From assembly GCA_951812855.1 (NCBI GenBank), contig OX638337.1, positions 1,440,001 to 1,472,000 of the forward strand: a DNA stretch of 32,000 bases. Direction: 5' to 3'. How positions within the stretch are numbered: position 1 is the stretch's first letter; every line of letters begins with the position of its first letter. The notes beneath the pieces were generated by a model. It was not told where the DNA came from. It saw nothing but the letters and a program-made list of their open reading frames with translations, and made no database searches. Below, piece after piece: positions 9,261 to 17,504 of this stretch. Both the position numbers and the translations under genes were made by a program. This DNA is from an uncultured Lentisphaeria bacterium (GTDB lineage Bacteria; Verrucomicrobiota; Lentisphaeria; JABSQK01; JAJFLO01).

Positions 9261-10072
9261 AAAAAAAAGAATTGATCCAATTTGTAAAGTCCCTGGGTGT
9301 ACGACCAAACAAGAAGCTGGGCCAAAATTTTCTTTTTGACCGGAATATTCTCCAGTGTATAGCATCGCTTTGCTGTCGGGAATCCCACGAACTCATGATT
9401 GAAATCGGACCCGGAATTGGCAACCTGACTCATTTTATATATTCCGCTGAAACAGAGTTAATCATCATTGAATATGATAAAAAATTAGCACATTTTTTAA
9501 TCGAAAAGTATAAGGATACAAAGGTTTCAGTCATCCATGCCGATGCATGCAGTCTGAATTTTGATCAACTTTCAAACAAACGGTCCTATACATGTATCGG
9601 TAATCTTCCGTACAATTCGTCCACTCCCATTTTATCCCGGCTTCTTCACACCGATAATAAACCAAAACGAATGTGTTTTCTGTTTCAATCAGAAATGGCT
9701 GAAAGGCTTGCATCAGAAAATAACTGTAAATCATACGGAGCGATCACAATAAAAACTCAGGCGTTATATCATGTGAAAATTGCACGGAAAATTTCAGAAA
9801 ATGTATTTTGGCCGGCTCCTGAGGTAAAATCGACATGTGTTGTATTTACAAAAAGAATTGATGCTGTCAACTCCGATGTATTCGTAAAATTATCTGAAGT
9901 TGTTACTACGAGTTTCTTACATCGCCGCAAAAAACTGATTTCGAATTTAAAGGCGAATTATCAAACAAAACTGCTGGAAAAAGTATTTTATAATTTAAAC
10001 CTCGACATGTCGTCACGTCCTGAAAATTTAAGTGTCGACCAGTACCTGGATTTAACATCAGCATTGTCCTGA
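9257..10072 (+). CDS. rsmA: 16S rRNA (adenine1518/1519-N6)-dimethyltransferase
   Basis: 271 aa. Motifs are LGQNFL, the SAM-binding EIGPGIGNLT and GNLPYNSSTPIL. The surA-rsmA linkage is as in many proteobacterial surA-pdxA-rsmA operons. Confidence 0.94.
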   Translation: MKKKELIQFVKSLGVRPNKKLGQNFLFDRNILQCIASLCCRESHELMIEIGPGIGNLTHFIYSAETELIIIEYDKKLAHFLIEKYKDTKVSVIHADACSLNFDQLSNKRSYTCIGNLPYNSSTPILSRLLHTDNKPKRMCFLFQSEMAERLASENNCKSYGAITIKTQALYHVKIARKISENVFWPAPEVKSTCVVFTKRIDAVNSDVFVKLSEVVTTSFLHRRKKLISNLKANYQTKLLEKVFYNLNLDMSSRPENLSVDQYLDLTSALS

Positions 10073-10093
10073 TTGTTACTGGTGATTTTTTTT
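10038..10093 (+). terminator. Candidate intrinsic terminator at the end of rsmA
   Basis: Outer stem ACCAGTA (10038-10044) / TACTGGT (10077-10083). Inner stem ATCAG (10057-10061) / CTGAT (10069-10073). Followed by GA plus T8 (10086-10093). It overlaps the rsmA stop codon. Confidence 0.4.
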
Positions 10094-10182
10094 GCAGAAT
10101 TGCGAAAATACAGTTCAATTAATTTGGGTTAAGCATAAATAATTGCGTATTCTTGAAATCTGTTGGTTGAACAAGGTTTTGT

Positions 10183-10689
10183 TTAGTGCTTCAATTTGAT
10201 TTTTACTTTTCCCGGTTCCTTTTCACCAGTTTCATCCAGGCAAACTTCAAGTTCAGGATCATCTTTTATTATCGCAGCTATTTGCTTTAAATCATATGGA
10301 GTTGCTTTTTCCAACGTTACTGCTTCTCCCCAGCGTTTTACCTCTTTTACAGCTTTTTTAACCTGTATTTGCACAGAGTTTGTTTTCTTATTCTGCCGTG
10401 GAGTGTGAGGATGAGGTTTCCTCTGTTCATTTTTCCCTTCAACATCAATCAATACTTTAGGAAAAACTCCCTTTTGATTCAGTAAAATACTATTTAATAA
10501 ATGTTGCAATGCATTTAGAGTCTGACCTTTTCGCCCAATAATTCTTCCCGGTTCATCTGTTTTAACATGAAGGTAAATTGTATTTCGCTCATTTTTCGAT
10601 TTAAGTTCTGTTGACAAGCCCAGGAGCGATACGAGTTGTTTGAAATTATTCTCAGCTTGTTGCAAGTATTCATCATTAGCAGCTGTCAT
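10183..10689 (-). CDS. jag: Jag/KhpB-like KH plus R3H-like RNA-binding protein
   Basis: 168 aa. KH signature GRIIGRKGQTLNALQHLLN. C-terminal R3H-like segment without the canonical Arg/His. Located 28 bp downstream of yidC, the conserved position. Confidence 0.8.
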   Translation of the reverse strand: MTAANDEYLQQAENNFKQLVSLLGLSTELKSKNERNTIYLHVKTDEPGRIIGRKGQTLNALQHLLNSILLNQKGVFPKVLIDVEGKNEQRKPHPHTPRQNKKTNSVQIQVKKAVKEVKRWGEAVTLEKATPYDLKQIAAIIKDDPELEVCLDETGEKEPGKVKIKLKH

Positions 10690-10717
10690 GGTTTATACTC
10701 CTTTAATTTTTATAAAT

Positions 10718-12463
10718 TTACGCCTTAACAGATTCCATATTATGGGTAATTCTGTATTGAACAATTGAAATAATTTGATTTATTGTCCAATATAAGGTTA
10801 GTCCCGAAGGCATTGGATAAAGCATGAAGACAAAGAAAATTGTCATAAACATCATAACTTTTTGCTGCATCGGGTCGGGACTTGTTGGCATGGTCTTTTG
10901 TTGTAAAAACATGGTTACTCCCATAAGCAGCGCAAGAGGATTGATGGGAATATCACCAATTGGTATTACAAAAACAGTATCCTGTCGAGATAAATCAGCC
11001 GCCCAAAGAAAACTGGCCTGCCTCAGTTCAATAGCACTTCTAAACACATTGAATAACGAGAAGAAAACGGGTACTTGCAATAACATGGGCAAACAGCCTG
11101 CAACAGGATTAATTTTATGTTCCCGATATAACTCCATTGTTTTTTGCTGCATTTTCTGTGGATCACTCTTATATTTTTCGCGAATCTCTTGAGCTAAAGG
11201 CTGAATTTTTTGCATTTGCTTTGACCAAACCGTGCTTTTATGGGTAATCGGCCAAAAAATACCCCTTATGATGATAGTTATGAAGATTATAGCCAGGCCA
11301 TAATTATGAAAAATCCCTTCCAACTGGTTCATCCCCCAGAGAATAACCAGCGAGATTCCTTTTACCCAATCAAAGTGAAAGAATAAAAACAAATCAAATT
11401 GTAAAATTGATTCGGCGTTATTCCCCTGATTCTTAAGAAGATTATATTGTTTCGGCCCAATAAAAGCATTCAATTTCCAATCCACTGTCCCCTGACTGTG
11501 AATCAACAACTCGGGTAACATTGTTTGACCAATGATAGTTTTCCCATCATTTTTTTCCTGTTCTGTTGATTCCAAATCTGATGCAGCCAGTTTACAGCCT
11601 GGAAACAATGTTTCGGATTTAAGGAAGGAAACAAAATATTTATTTTGAACTGCAATCCATTTTACCTGCCAGTGCGATGCTTCCAGATGATCTTCCTCAT
11701 CATACTTCTGAAGTTTATTCAAATCGACGGTTTTAGGACTGTCTGATTCGTCGAGTAATATATCAATTTTCTGATCCAGACCACCTGCCCCCATAAATCC
11801 CTGAGCAGTATCAAGAGGATCCATCATTCCACAGTTAATAATTATATTATCAAAATTTACAGGAGTATCTCCGTCGTTTCTAAAGGAAATATGATACGCG
11901 ATTTCATAGGGATTTAACGGATCGATTTTCCACGTCTGCCCCAAAATAAGGTGAGTATTTGCAATAGAACGGGAAATAGACAGGTGCTGATCGCTTTGGG
12001 ATTCGATTTTTGCATTGCTGAACTTCCAGGCATTATCTCTATTCTGAATACTATGTATCGGGTAGGCTTTATTATTTAAATGAATCGGGGTTTTGCTTTT
12101 TTTATCTTTTTGAAACTTCAACAGAACGACATCGGTGATTCCACCTGACTGAGGATCTATTGTTATAGCGAATTTACTATTTACGTTAAGTTGAACTTCG
12201 GGAGAGGGATCTAAACTAAGATAGTCAGGATGGTATGGAGATTCAGCTTCAGATAACTGCGTTGAGATTTGATCAGGGTTGAGGGTACTCTCACCGGATT
12301 TCTGTCCTGGATCAGCAGCAGCATTATCTGAAGGCGGCTGAGACGATTCGGCAGTTTTTTGTGTGACCGAATGCGGCGGGGGCGGAGTTAGTGGACGTTT
12401 TGCAAACCAAAGGAATAACAAAGCGATGCACAATCCCACTATTAATATATCATTTTTCTCCAT
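10718..12463 (-). CDS. yidC: Membrane protein insertase YidC (long, diderm-type with a large periplasmic domain)
   Basis: 581 aa. It has an N-terminal TM helix, a ~330-aa soluble domain, then the conserved 60-kDa insertase core (KINPVAGCLPMLLQVPVFFSLF...GLTLYWTINQIISIVQ). Confidence 0.95.
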   Translation of the reverse strand: MEKNDILIVGLCIALLFLWFAKRPLTPPPPHSVTQKTAESSQPPSDNAAADPGQKSGESTLNPDQISTQLSEAESPYHPDYLSLDPSPEVQLNVNSKFAITIDPQSGGITDVVLLKFQKDKKSKTPIHLNNKAYPIHSIQNRDNAWKFSNAKIESQSDQHLSISRSIANTHLILGQTWKIDPLNPYEIAYHISFRNDGDTPVNFDNIIINCGMMDPLDTAQGFMGAGGLDQKIDILLDESDSPKTVDLNKLQKYDEEDHLEASHWQVKWIAVQNKYFVSFLKSETLFPGCKLAASDLESTEQEKNDGKTIIGQTMLPELLIHSQGTVDWKLNAFIGPKQYNLLKNQGNNAESILQFDLFLFFHFDWVKGISLVILWGMNQLEGIFHNYGLAIIFITIIIRGIFWPITHKSTVWSKQMQKIQPLAQEIREKYKSDPQKMQQKTMELYREHKINPVAGCLPMLLQVPVFFSLFNVFRSAIELRQASFLWAADLSRQDTVFVIPIGDIPINPLALLMGVTMFLQQKTMPTSPDPMQQKVMMFMTIFFVFMLYPMPSGLTLYWTINQIISIVQYRITHNMESVKA

Positions 12464-12631
12464 CTGTCAGTTAATAACCAGGAGGATAAAACCAAGTAAT
12501 AAATTGCAATTAAACAGGAATCAAAGGAAGCTGAAGATTTATCGTTTTGATTATACTCAAACTCAAAAATCAATATTAGACAGTCTTCACCCGGATAGAA
12601 TCAAACGATTAATACCCTGCCCTTACTTAAA

Positions 12632-12655
12632 TCAGTCAATACAGTTATTGACTGA
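12632..12655. repeat. Perfect 10-bp inverted repeat (hairpin) in the yidD-yidC spacer
   Basis: TCAGTCAATA (12632-12641), loop CAGT, TATTGACTGA (12646-12655). On the minus (transcribed) strand it is followed only by TTTAAGTAAG, so it is not a convincing terminator. Confidence 0.6.
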
Positions 12656-12941
12656 ATCATAGCATTATGTTAAAATCAGCTGCCTTGCTGCAATCAGCGG
12701 GGTATGATACTCTCTCAATGAAAAACAAACAGACTCAACACAACCGTTGAGGAATTAAACACTATGCCTGGAACTAAAGTTTGCAATATTAAATGGTTAA
12801 CCTTCTTTAAATCAGAAATACAACATTCGCTTAGAAAAGAAGGTTTACTTATCAATCCTGTATATTCCCTTTTTATTTACTTATTAAAATAATTGAGGCA
12901 TTTTACGGAAAATCAGTTCTTAAAAACCTCTCTTATTCGTT

Positions 12942-13208
12942 TTATATACTTTCAGATTCCTGCGATATCGGAACTTGATCGATACCGCCAGGGTGCAACG
13001 GATTACATCTCAAAATTCTTAAGACACCCAAATATGATCCTTTAATGATACCGAACCGTTTTATTGATTCTATACAAAATGTTGAACACGCAGGCGTGAA
13101 TCGACAACAGGGCATGAACAGCGGCGACAGGAAACGTTTATATCCTTTGATCAACATAACCACAATAAAACACATCAATTTATTCAGGCATTGAAGAATT
13201 TTTTTCAA
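12942..13208 (-). CDS. yidD: Membrane protein insertion efficiency factor YidD
   Basis: 88 aa with the YidD signature (YKRFLSP...CRFTPACSTF...GS.LG..RILRCNPLHPGG.D). An alternative downstream ATG (about 13172) would remove the 29-nt overlap with rnpA. Confidence 0.9.
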   Translation of the reverse strand: MKKILQCLNKLMCFIVVMLIKGYKRFLSPLFMPCCRFTPACSTFCIESIKRFGIIKGSYLGVLRILRCNPLHPGGIDQVPISQESESI

Positions 13209-13521
13209 TCACGCCTCCCTTTATCAAGAAATCAGTTAACTCATGCTTAACCGTTTCAAGCGATGCTTCAATCATCATTTTCCGAGCAATAACAACGATC
13301 CAGACCGGCGTTGAAATTCGCTGCTTAATTAACCGAAATGACTCTCTGATTCGTCGTTTGGCACGGTTTCGTGTTACTGCAGAGCAACTATACCGCTTAC
13401 TTGTAATAATACCAATTTCAGTCTTTGTGTCCGGGGATTTAAGCAACTGAATAATGATAAAACGTCCCTTAAATACTTCTCCTCCGGCCTTAACACACAG
13501 GAAATTATGACGCTTCCTCAT
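13180..13521 (-). CDS. rnpA: Ribonuclease P protein component
   Basis: 113 aa. Basic RNR-type motif AVTRNRAKRRIRESFR. Sits between rpmH and yidD. Confidence 0.9.
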   Translation of the reverse strand: MRKRHNFLCVKAGGEVFKGRFIIIQLLKSPDTKTEIGIITSKRYSCSAVTRNRAKRRIRESFRLIKQRISTPVWIVVIARKMMIEASLETVKHELTDFLIKGGVIEKNSSMPE

Positions 13522-13628
13522 GATTTCGTCCCGTTTTAGTGTTGCCCGGACAGTAATTTTTCACTCCAAATATTTATGGTTATCAATTGATTTTATAATT
13601 CCACAAATAAAGATCCAAATACAACCGC

Positions 13629-13766
13629 TTAAATGGGGGTGATACGTGCACGGCCTTTTCTTCGCCTGCGTTTAAGAATATCTCTGCCATTTTTATTGGA
13701 CATTCTTGCCCTGAAACCTAATCTCCTTCTTCTTCGACGATTCGATGGTTGGAATGTTCGTTTCAT
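13629..13766 (-). CDS. rpmH: 50S ribosomal protein L34
   Basis: [45 protein letters not shown]. The canonical MKRTFQPS start is the internal ATG at 13766 of the 63-aa track ORF. Confidence 0.95.
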   Translation of the reverse strand: MKRTFQPSNRRRRRRLGFRARMSNKNGRDILKRRRRKGRARITPI

Positions 13767-13847
13767 ATTTCGTGATTCCTTATAATTTGTATTAAAGTCA
13801 GCCCCAGGGACAGAGAGCACCGCGACAGTTTTCTGGATTCACTCTAA

Positions 13848-14246
13848 TTACTTAAACAACCCGTCATTTAAGGGTTCAACCCGAAAATTAAAATCGAGTT
13901 TTTTACCTTTTAAATTTAACGATATTAACGTATTTAATCTCGTTAACATTAGCCTATAGGGTATTTTAACATCTCCGGCCGGTGTAACCACAGATACATT
14001 ACAATCGCCGAGAATGTCCTCAGCATCTTGCACTGCAATAATTAAAACCCTTAACTTATTTAACTTATTTAAAAAGTCTTGCTCAAATTTATATATTTTA
14101 TGACAATTAGTACAATTGATTTTACCTTTATCGTCTTGAACCGTCAATAAATCAAATTGAATCGTGTTACCACAATTGTCTTCAATACAGTCAAAATCTA
14201 TTAATGCTTTCATGGCCGATTGAGTTTGATTTTTAATATTCAGCAT
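13848..14246 (-). CDS. Hypothetical zinc-ribbon protein
   Basis: 132-aa ORF, 81 bp upstream of rpmH on the same strand. Four Cys are arranged C-x4-C...C-x2-C (CIEDNC...CTNC). I recognise no family. Confidence 0.55.
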   Translation of the reverse strand: MLNIKNQTQSAMKALIDFDCIEDNCGNTIQFDLLTVQDDKGKINCTNCHKIYKFEQDFLNKLNKLRVLIIAVQDAEDILGDCNVSVVTPAGDVKIPYRLMLTRLNTLISLNLKGKKLDFNFRVEPLNDGLFK

Positions 14247-14577
14247 ATAACAGTATCGGTAAATTCCTAAATGAGCGAACCCCTTGTGAAATTATATTGG
14301 ATTACAATTCTGACAACTATAATTCTTCAAGAAGCCCGCAGTATCCAATTTCGAGATTCACGATAATACCCGTCAAGATGCTTTTTATAAGTTGTGCTTA
14401 AATAGTGAACTGTTATAATATTATGACGTCTTGTAGAATATTAAACTTACATTTTTCAATTTTCTGTTTAGTTAATCATTAGAGTTCAAAAAATTTAAAT
14501 TATCAGAATGGCGAAGGTACTGCCAAACTATTTTAATTATTCGGTCGGCTTTCGTGAACAGCAAAGGAGACCTACAA

Positions 14578-15150
14578 TTGATTTGGAATAACATGAAATT
14601 TTTACCTGTCCTGTTAATCGCGTGTTTGTTGGTAATCATTAGTCATCCTCAGGGAAAAGCAGAGAGTCAGTCTAAAACTCAATCAAGACAATCTAAAAAT
14701 ACGAGAAACAATAATTCGTTCCTGATTAAGTTGAATATACAGCATGGACATATTGGACACGTTTTTATCGGATGCAGTGAAAACGCCACTGATGGTTTTG
14801 ATAACCAAATGGATGATATGTCACCACCTCCGGGTATGGGAGGAGTTGGGTATACCTTTTTGGTTTCACCTGACAGGAAATATAATTTGTATAAAGATAT
14901 GCGAGGGTTTGCGGATAAGGTGCAATGGGTTTTTTACGCAAGAACAGGCGGGAATCCAGTTTCGGTATCATGGGATCCAAAATCAATTCCGGATGGCTGG
15001 GATCTGTTTTGCAGTCCATGGGATGGTAAATCTGAAAGTGTCCCCGAAAATTTGGATTGTAGAAAAACAACATCGGTTAAAACAGATAAAACCGGCTTTT
15101 TCAGATTCTGGATCGTCAGAGTGCAAAAAGATCACACGTCAAAAAATTAG
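14578..15150 (+). CDS. Secreted or lipid-anchored hypothetical protein
   Basis: The ORF is open from GTG 14554. AAGGAG (14564-14569) sits 8 nt before an in-frame TTG at 14578, and ATG 14593 is the alternative start. It has a hydrophobic signal-like segment (MKFLPVLLIACLLVIISHP) followed by a polar linker. I recognise no family. Confidence 0.6.
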   Translation: MIWNNMKFLPVLLIACLLVIISHPQGKAESQSKTQSRQSKNTRNNNSFLIKLNIQHGHIGHVFIGCSENATDGFDNQMDDMSPPPGMGGVGYTFLVSPDRKYNLYKDMRGFADKVQWVFYARTGGNPVSVSWDPKSIPDGWDLFCSPWDGKSESVPENLDCRKTTSVKTDKTGFFRFWIVRVQKDHTSKN

Positions 15151-15414
15151 ACCCGAATGAGGAACGTCTATTCCTGCACGGTATTTTTGACGGGTTTTCT
15201 TAAGATATCCGAAAAATTTTCGGGGTTTATTCTCAGATAACAAAATTCAATTATCGGGAATGTTGCCAAACATATCAAAATAGAAAGTAACAATGCTATT
15301 TGGGTAAAATTCCATATGATGCAGCATCTCATTTGAAGAAACTTTTGGAACCCTTTAATCGGTAAAGACATACGGCAGGCAGTATAAACTTCCTTACAAA
15401 TTGACACCGGTTCC

Positions 15415-16539
15415 ATGAATATCATTGAAGCTGTATCACTAAAGAAAGTGTTTAAGGATTTTTGGGGTCACCCAAAAGCAATTGCAATCGATGACATCAA
15501 TTTTAAAGTTTCACCCGGGATAGTGTTTGGAATTCTTGGTCCAAACGGTTGCGGGAAATCTACAACAATCAAATTGATGTTAGGTTTACTTAAGCCAAGC
15601 AGCGGACTTATCAAAATTTTCAATCACCATCCGGACAGTGTCAAAATCAAACATCAAATTGGGTATTTACCGGAGGAAACCTATCTATATCACTATCTTA
15701 CCGCATTTGAAACGCTTAAGTTTTTCGGTTCACTGTTTAATCTCTCATATAGCGAACGCCGAAAACGTTCTTCAGAACTCCTGGAAATGGTCGGCTTAGA
15801 ACATGCCTCACACAGACTCGTTGGCGAATTTTCCAAGGGAATGGCTCGGCGTATCGGCTTAGCACAGGCATTGATCAATGATCCTGAATTAATCATTCTG
15901 GATGAACCCACATCAGGCCTTGACCCAATAGGCTGCGGTGAAATAAAATCACTCATCCGCTTTTTGTCGGAGCGCGGGAAAACAATCGTTATATGTAGTC
16001 ATTTACTCGCAGACATAGAGGATATTTGTGATGAAGTCATCATTATGTATGCCGGAAAAATCCGGGCGTGCGGTCCATTAAACCCGTTACTTATCGATGA
16101 TCAGAAAACTCAAATCACAACTCCGGTATTGGAGGCAGATGTTCTCGAAAAAATCTTGGAAATATTGAATGAGAGTGGACTGAAAGAAAATGTTTCAATT
16201 GATAAACCGGCAATTAATTTAGAACATTACTTTCTTGATGTCGTTCAACAGGCACAAAACGAAATATCAAATAATTATGGAGCCCAAACTGCGGGACATA
16301 TTGCAGATTTCCTATTCCGCACTGACAATCCTGAAGAACTGCTGCAAAAATACCAATCAAATTCTTCGGATCTTCAAAATAATGGAAAAAATTCTGAGAT
16401 AAAAGATTCAGCCACGAACGAACCTGAAGTCCTTGAAAAACTCACAACCACACCAAATCATGAAAAATCAGATAACAAGTCAAATTCTGGCGATTCGTCC
16501 CGTGATGATGTCATAAAGGATATTCTTGATAATGGATAG
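15415..16539 (+). CDS. ABC transporter ATP-binding protein (ABC-2/GldA-like) with a long low-complexity C-terminal tail
   Basis: Walker A GPNGCGKST, degenerate signature FSKGMARR, Walker B LIILDEPTSGLD, H-loop CSHLL. The last ~90 aa are rich in S/N/D/E/K. Confidence 0.9.
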   Translation: MNIIEAVSLKKVFKDFWGHPKAIAIDDINFKVSPGIVFGILGPNGCGKSTTIKLMLGLLKPSSGLIKIFNHHPDSVKIKHQIGYLPEETYLYHYLTAFETLKFFGSLFNLSYSERRKRSSELLEMVGLEHASHRLVGEFSKGMARRIGLAQALINDPELIILDEPTSGLDPIGCGEIKSLIRFLSERGKTIVICSHLLADIEDICDEVIIMYAGKIRACGPLNPLLIDDQKTQITTPVLEADVLEKILEILNESGLKENVSIDKPAINLEHYFLDVVQQAQNEISNNYGAQTAGHIADFLFRTDNPEELLQKYQSNSSDLQNNGKNSEIKDSATNEPEVLEKLTTTPNHEKSDNKSNSGDSSRDDVIKDILDNG

Positions 16540-16623
16540 TCGGTTTGTTACAACTCTTGTTAAGGCTAAATTCGTTAGTAAATGAGGTATTTGGAAGTAT
16601 TCAATTGGCCTCCAATTTTTAAT

Positions 16624-17178
16624 ATGACAAATAATAAATTATTTTCAGTGTTAATCCTGGTGGTTATTCTTTCCTTAATTTTGATCATTCCATTCATTGT
16701 TTTTGGGGAGAATATGGAAGGACTTGTGTCTGGTTTATTGGAAAATAACTCGGCAGGTCGTCCTTTTTTATTTGCGGTCATTATTGTACTCTTACTGGCT
16801 TCAGATGTCTTATTGCCGGTAGCTTCAAGTATTTTGAGTTCATGGTCAGGATACTGTTTCGGATTTGTTCAGGGTCGGGGTATTTCGACCGTTGGGATGA
16901 TGCCGGGATGTGTATGCGGATATTATCCGGGAGTCTATGGTTGTTGTATGGTGGGGGATAACCATAAGGGCATATGTGAATCTGTTTCTGAAAAGTATGG
17001 TTATTGGGCTGTTGCTGCTAATTTTTGGGGATCATCGCTGATCACGGTTATCGAGTCTACTCAAATTATTAATGCGGATGAGCTTTGCAGGAAACTGACA
17101 GAGTATCAAAAACAGAAACTAAAAAAGCAGCTGCGTCGACGGGCAGTAATTGAACCGGTAACAGGACGTCTCAAATAA
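16624..17178 (+). pseudogene. Chimeric ORF: N-terminal fragment of a TVP38/TMEM64 (DedA-related) membrane protein running into an IS5-type transposase remnant
   Basis: The N-terminal part (FLFAVIIVLLLASDVLLPVASSILSSWSGYCFGFVQGRGIS) looks like the TVP38/DedA core. The C-terminal part (KKQLRRRAVIEPVTGRLK, then stop) is a transposase motif. The ORF could begin at 16582 or at ATG 16624. Confidence 0.5.
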
Positions 17179-17400
17179 GACTTCAGATTATCCGGAAATT
17201 TCCTGAAAGGTATTAAAGGCGATGATATGAACGTATTATTGGCTGCTGCATACACTGTTCGGAAATGGATCCGAAATATTTTTGGCCAGATTTTTAATTC
17301 GATATTTTCAATTGTAAATGAGATAAAATCAACATTGAAAATAATTCTAAACCTGACAAAATATGTCGAATCCAAGTTGAATATACTCTTGAAGGTCTGA
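17040..17400 (+). mobile_element. IS5/IS1182-type (DDE_Tnp_1) transposase C-terminal remnant with an in-frame stop
   Basis: Reading through the TAA at 17176-17178 in the same frame gives RRRAVIEPVTGRLK*DFRLSGNFLKGIKGDDMNVLLAAAYTVRKWIRNIF. This matches the conserved IS5-group C-terminus (RR..IEP.IGHLK...R..RN.LKG..GD..N.LLAAA..N.RK). The left boundary is approximate. Confidence 0.65.
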
Positions 17401-17504
17401 CTATGCATCTTATATTTTATAAGTAAAATTACTCATGTATTTTATAAAGCATAACCGATCTATCTGATTGATTCAATTTTGTTCGTTACATTAGATGTCT
17501 GTAA

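Noticed and set aside
12363-12662. 99-aa plus-strand ORF spanning the yidC start and spacer
   Set aside because: It runs antisense across the yidC start, has low-complexity content and no motif.
13767-13820. N-terminal 18-aa extension of rpmH in the track ORF
   Set aside because: L34 universally starts MKRT(F/Y)QPS, so the internal ATG at 13766 is the real start.
14247-14553. Possible oriC next to the rpmH cluster
   Set aside because: I found no TTATCCACA-type DnaA boxes or clustered variants by eye, and there is no dnaA/dnaN in the window. AT-richness alone is not diagnostic here.
14744-15425. Overlapping ORFs 14744-15160 (+), 14765-15073 (-) and 15168-15425 (-)
   Set aside because: The first two overlap the signal-peptide-bearing frame. 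The third overlaps the ABC gene start and its promoter region. None has motifs or a plausible ribosome-binding site.
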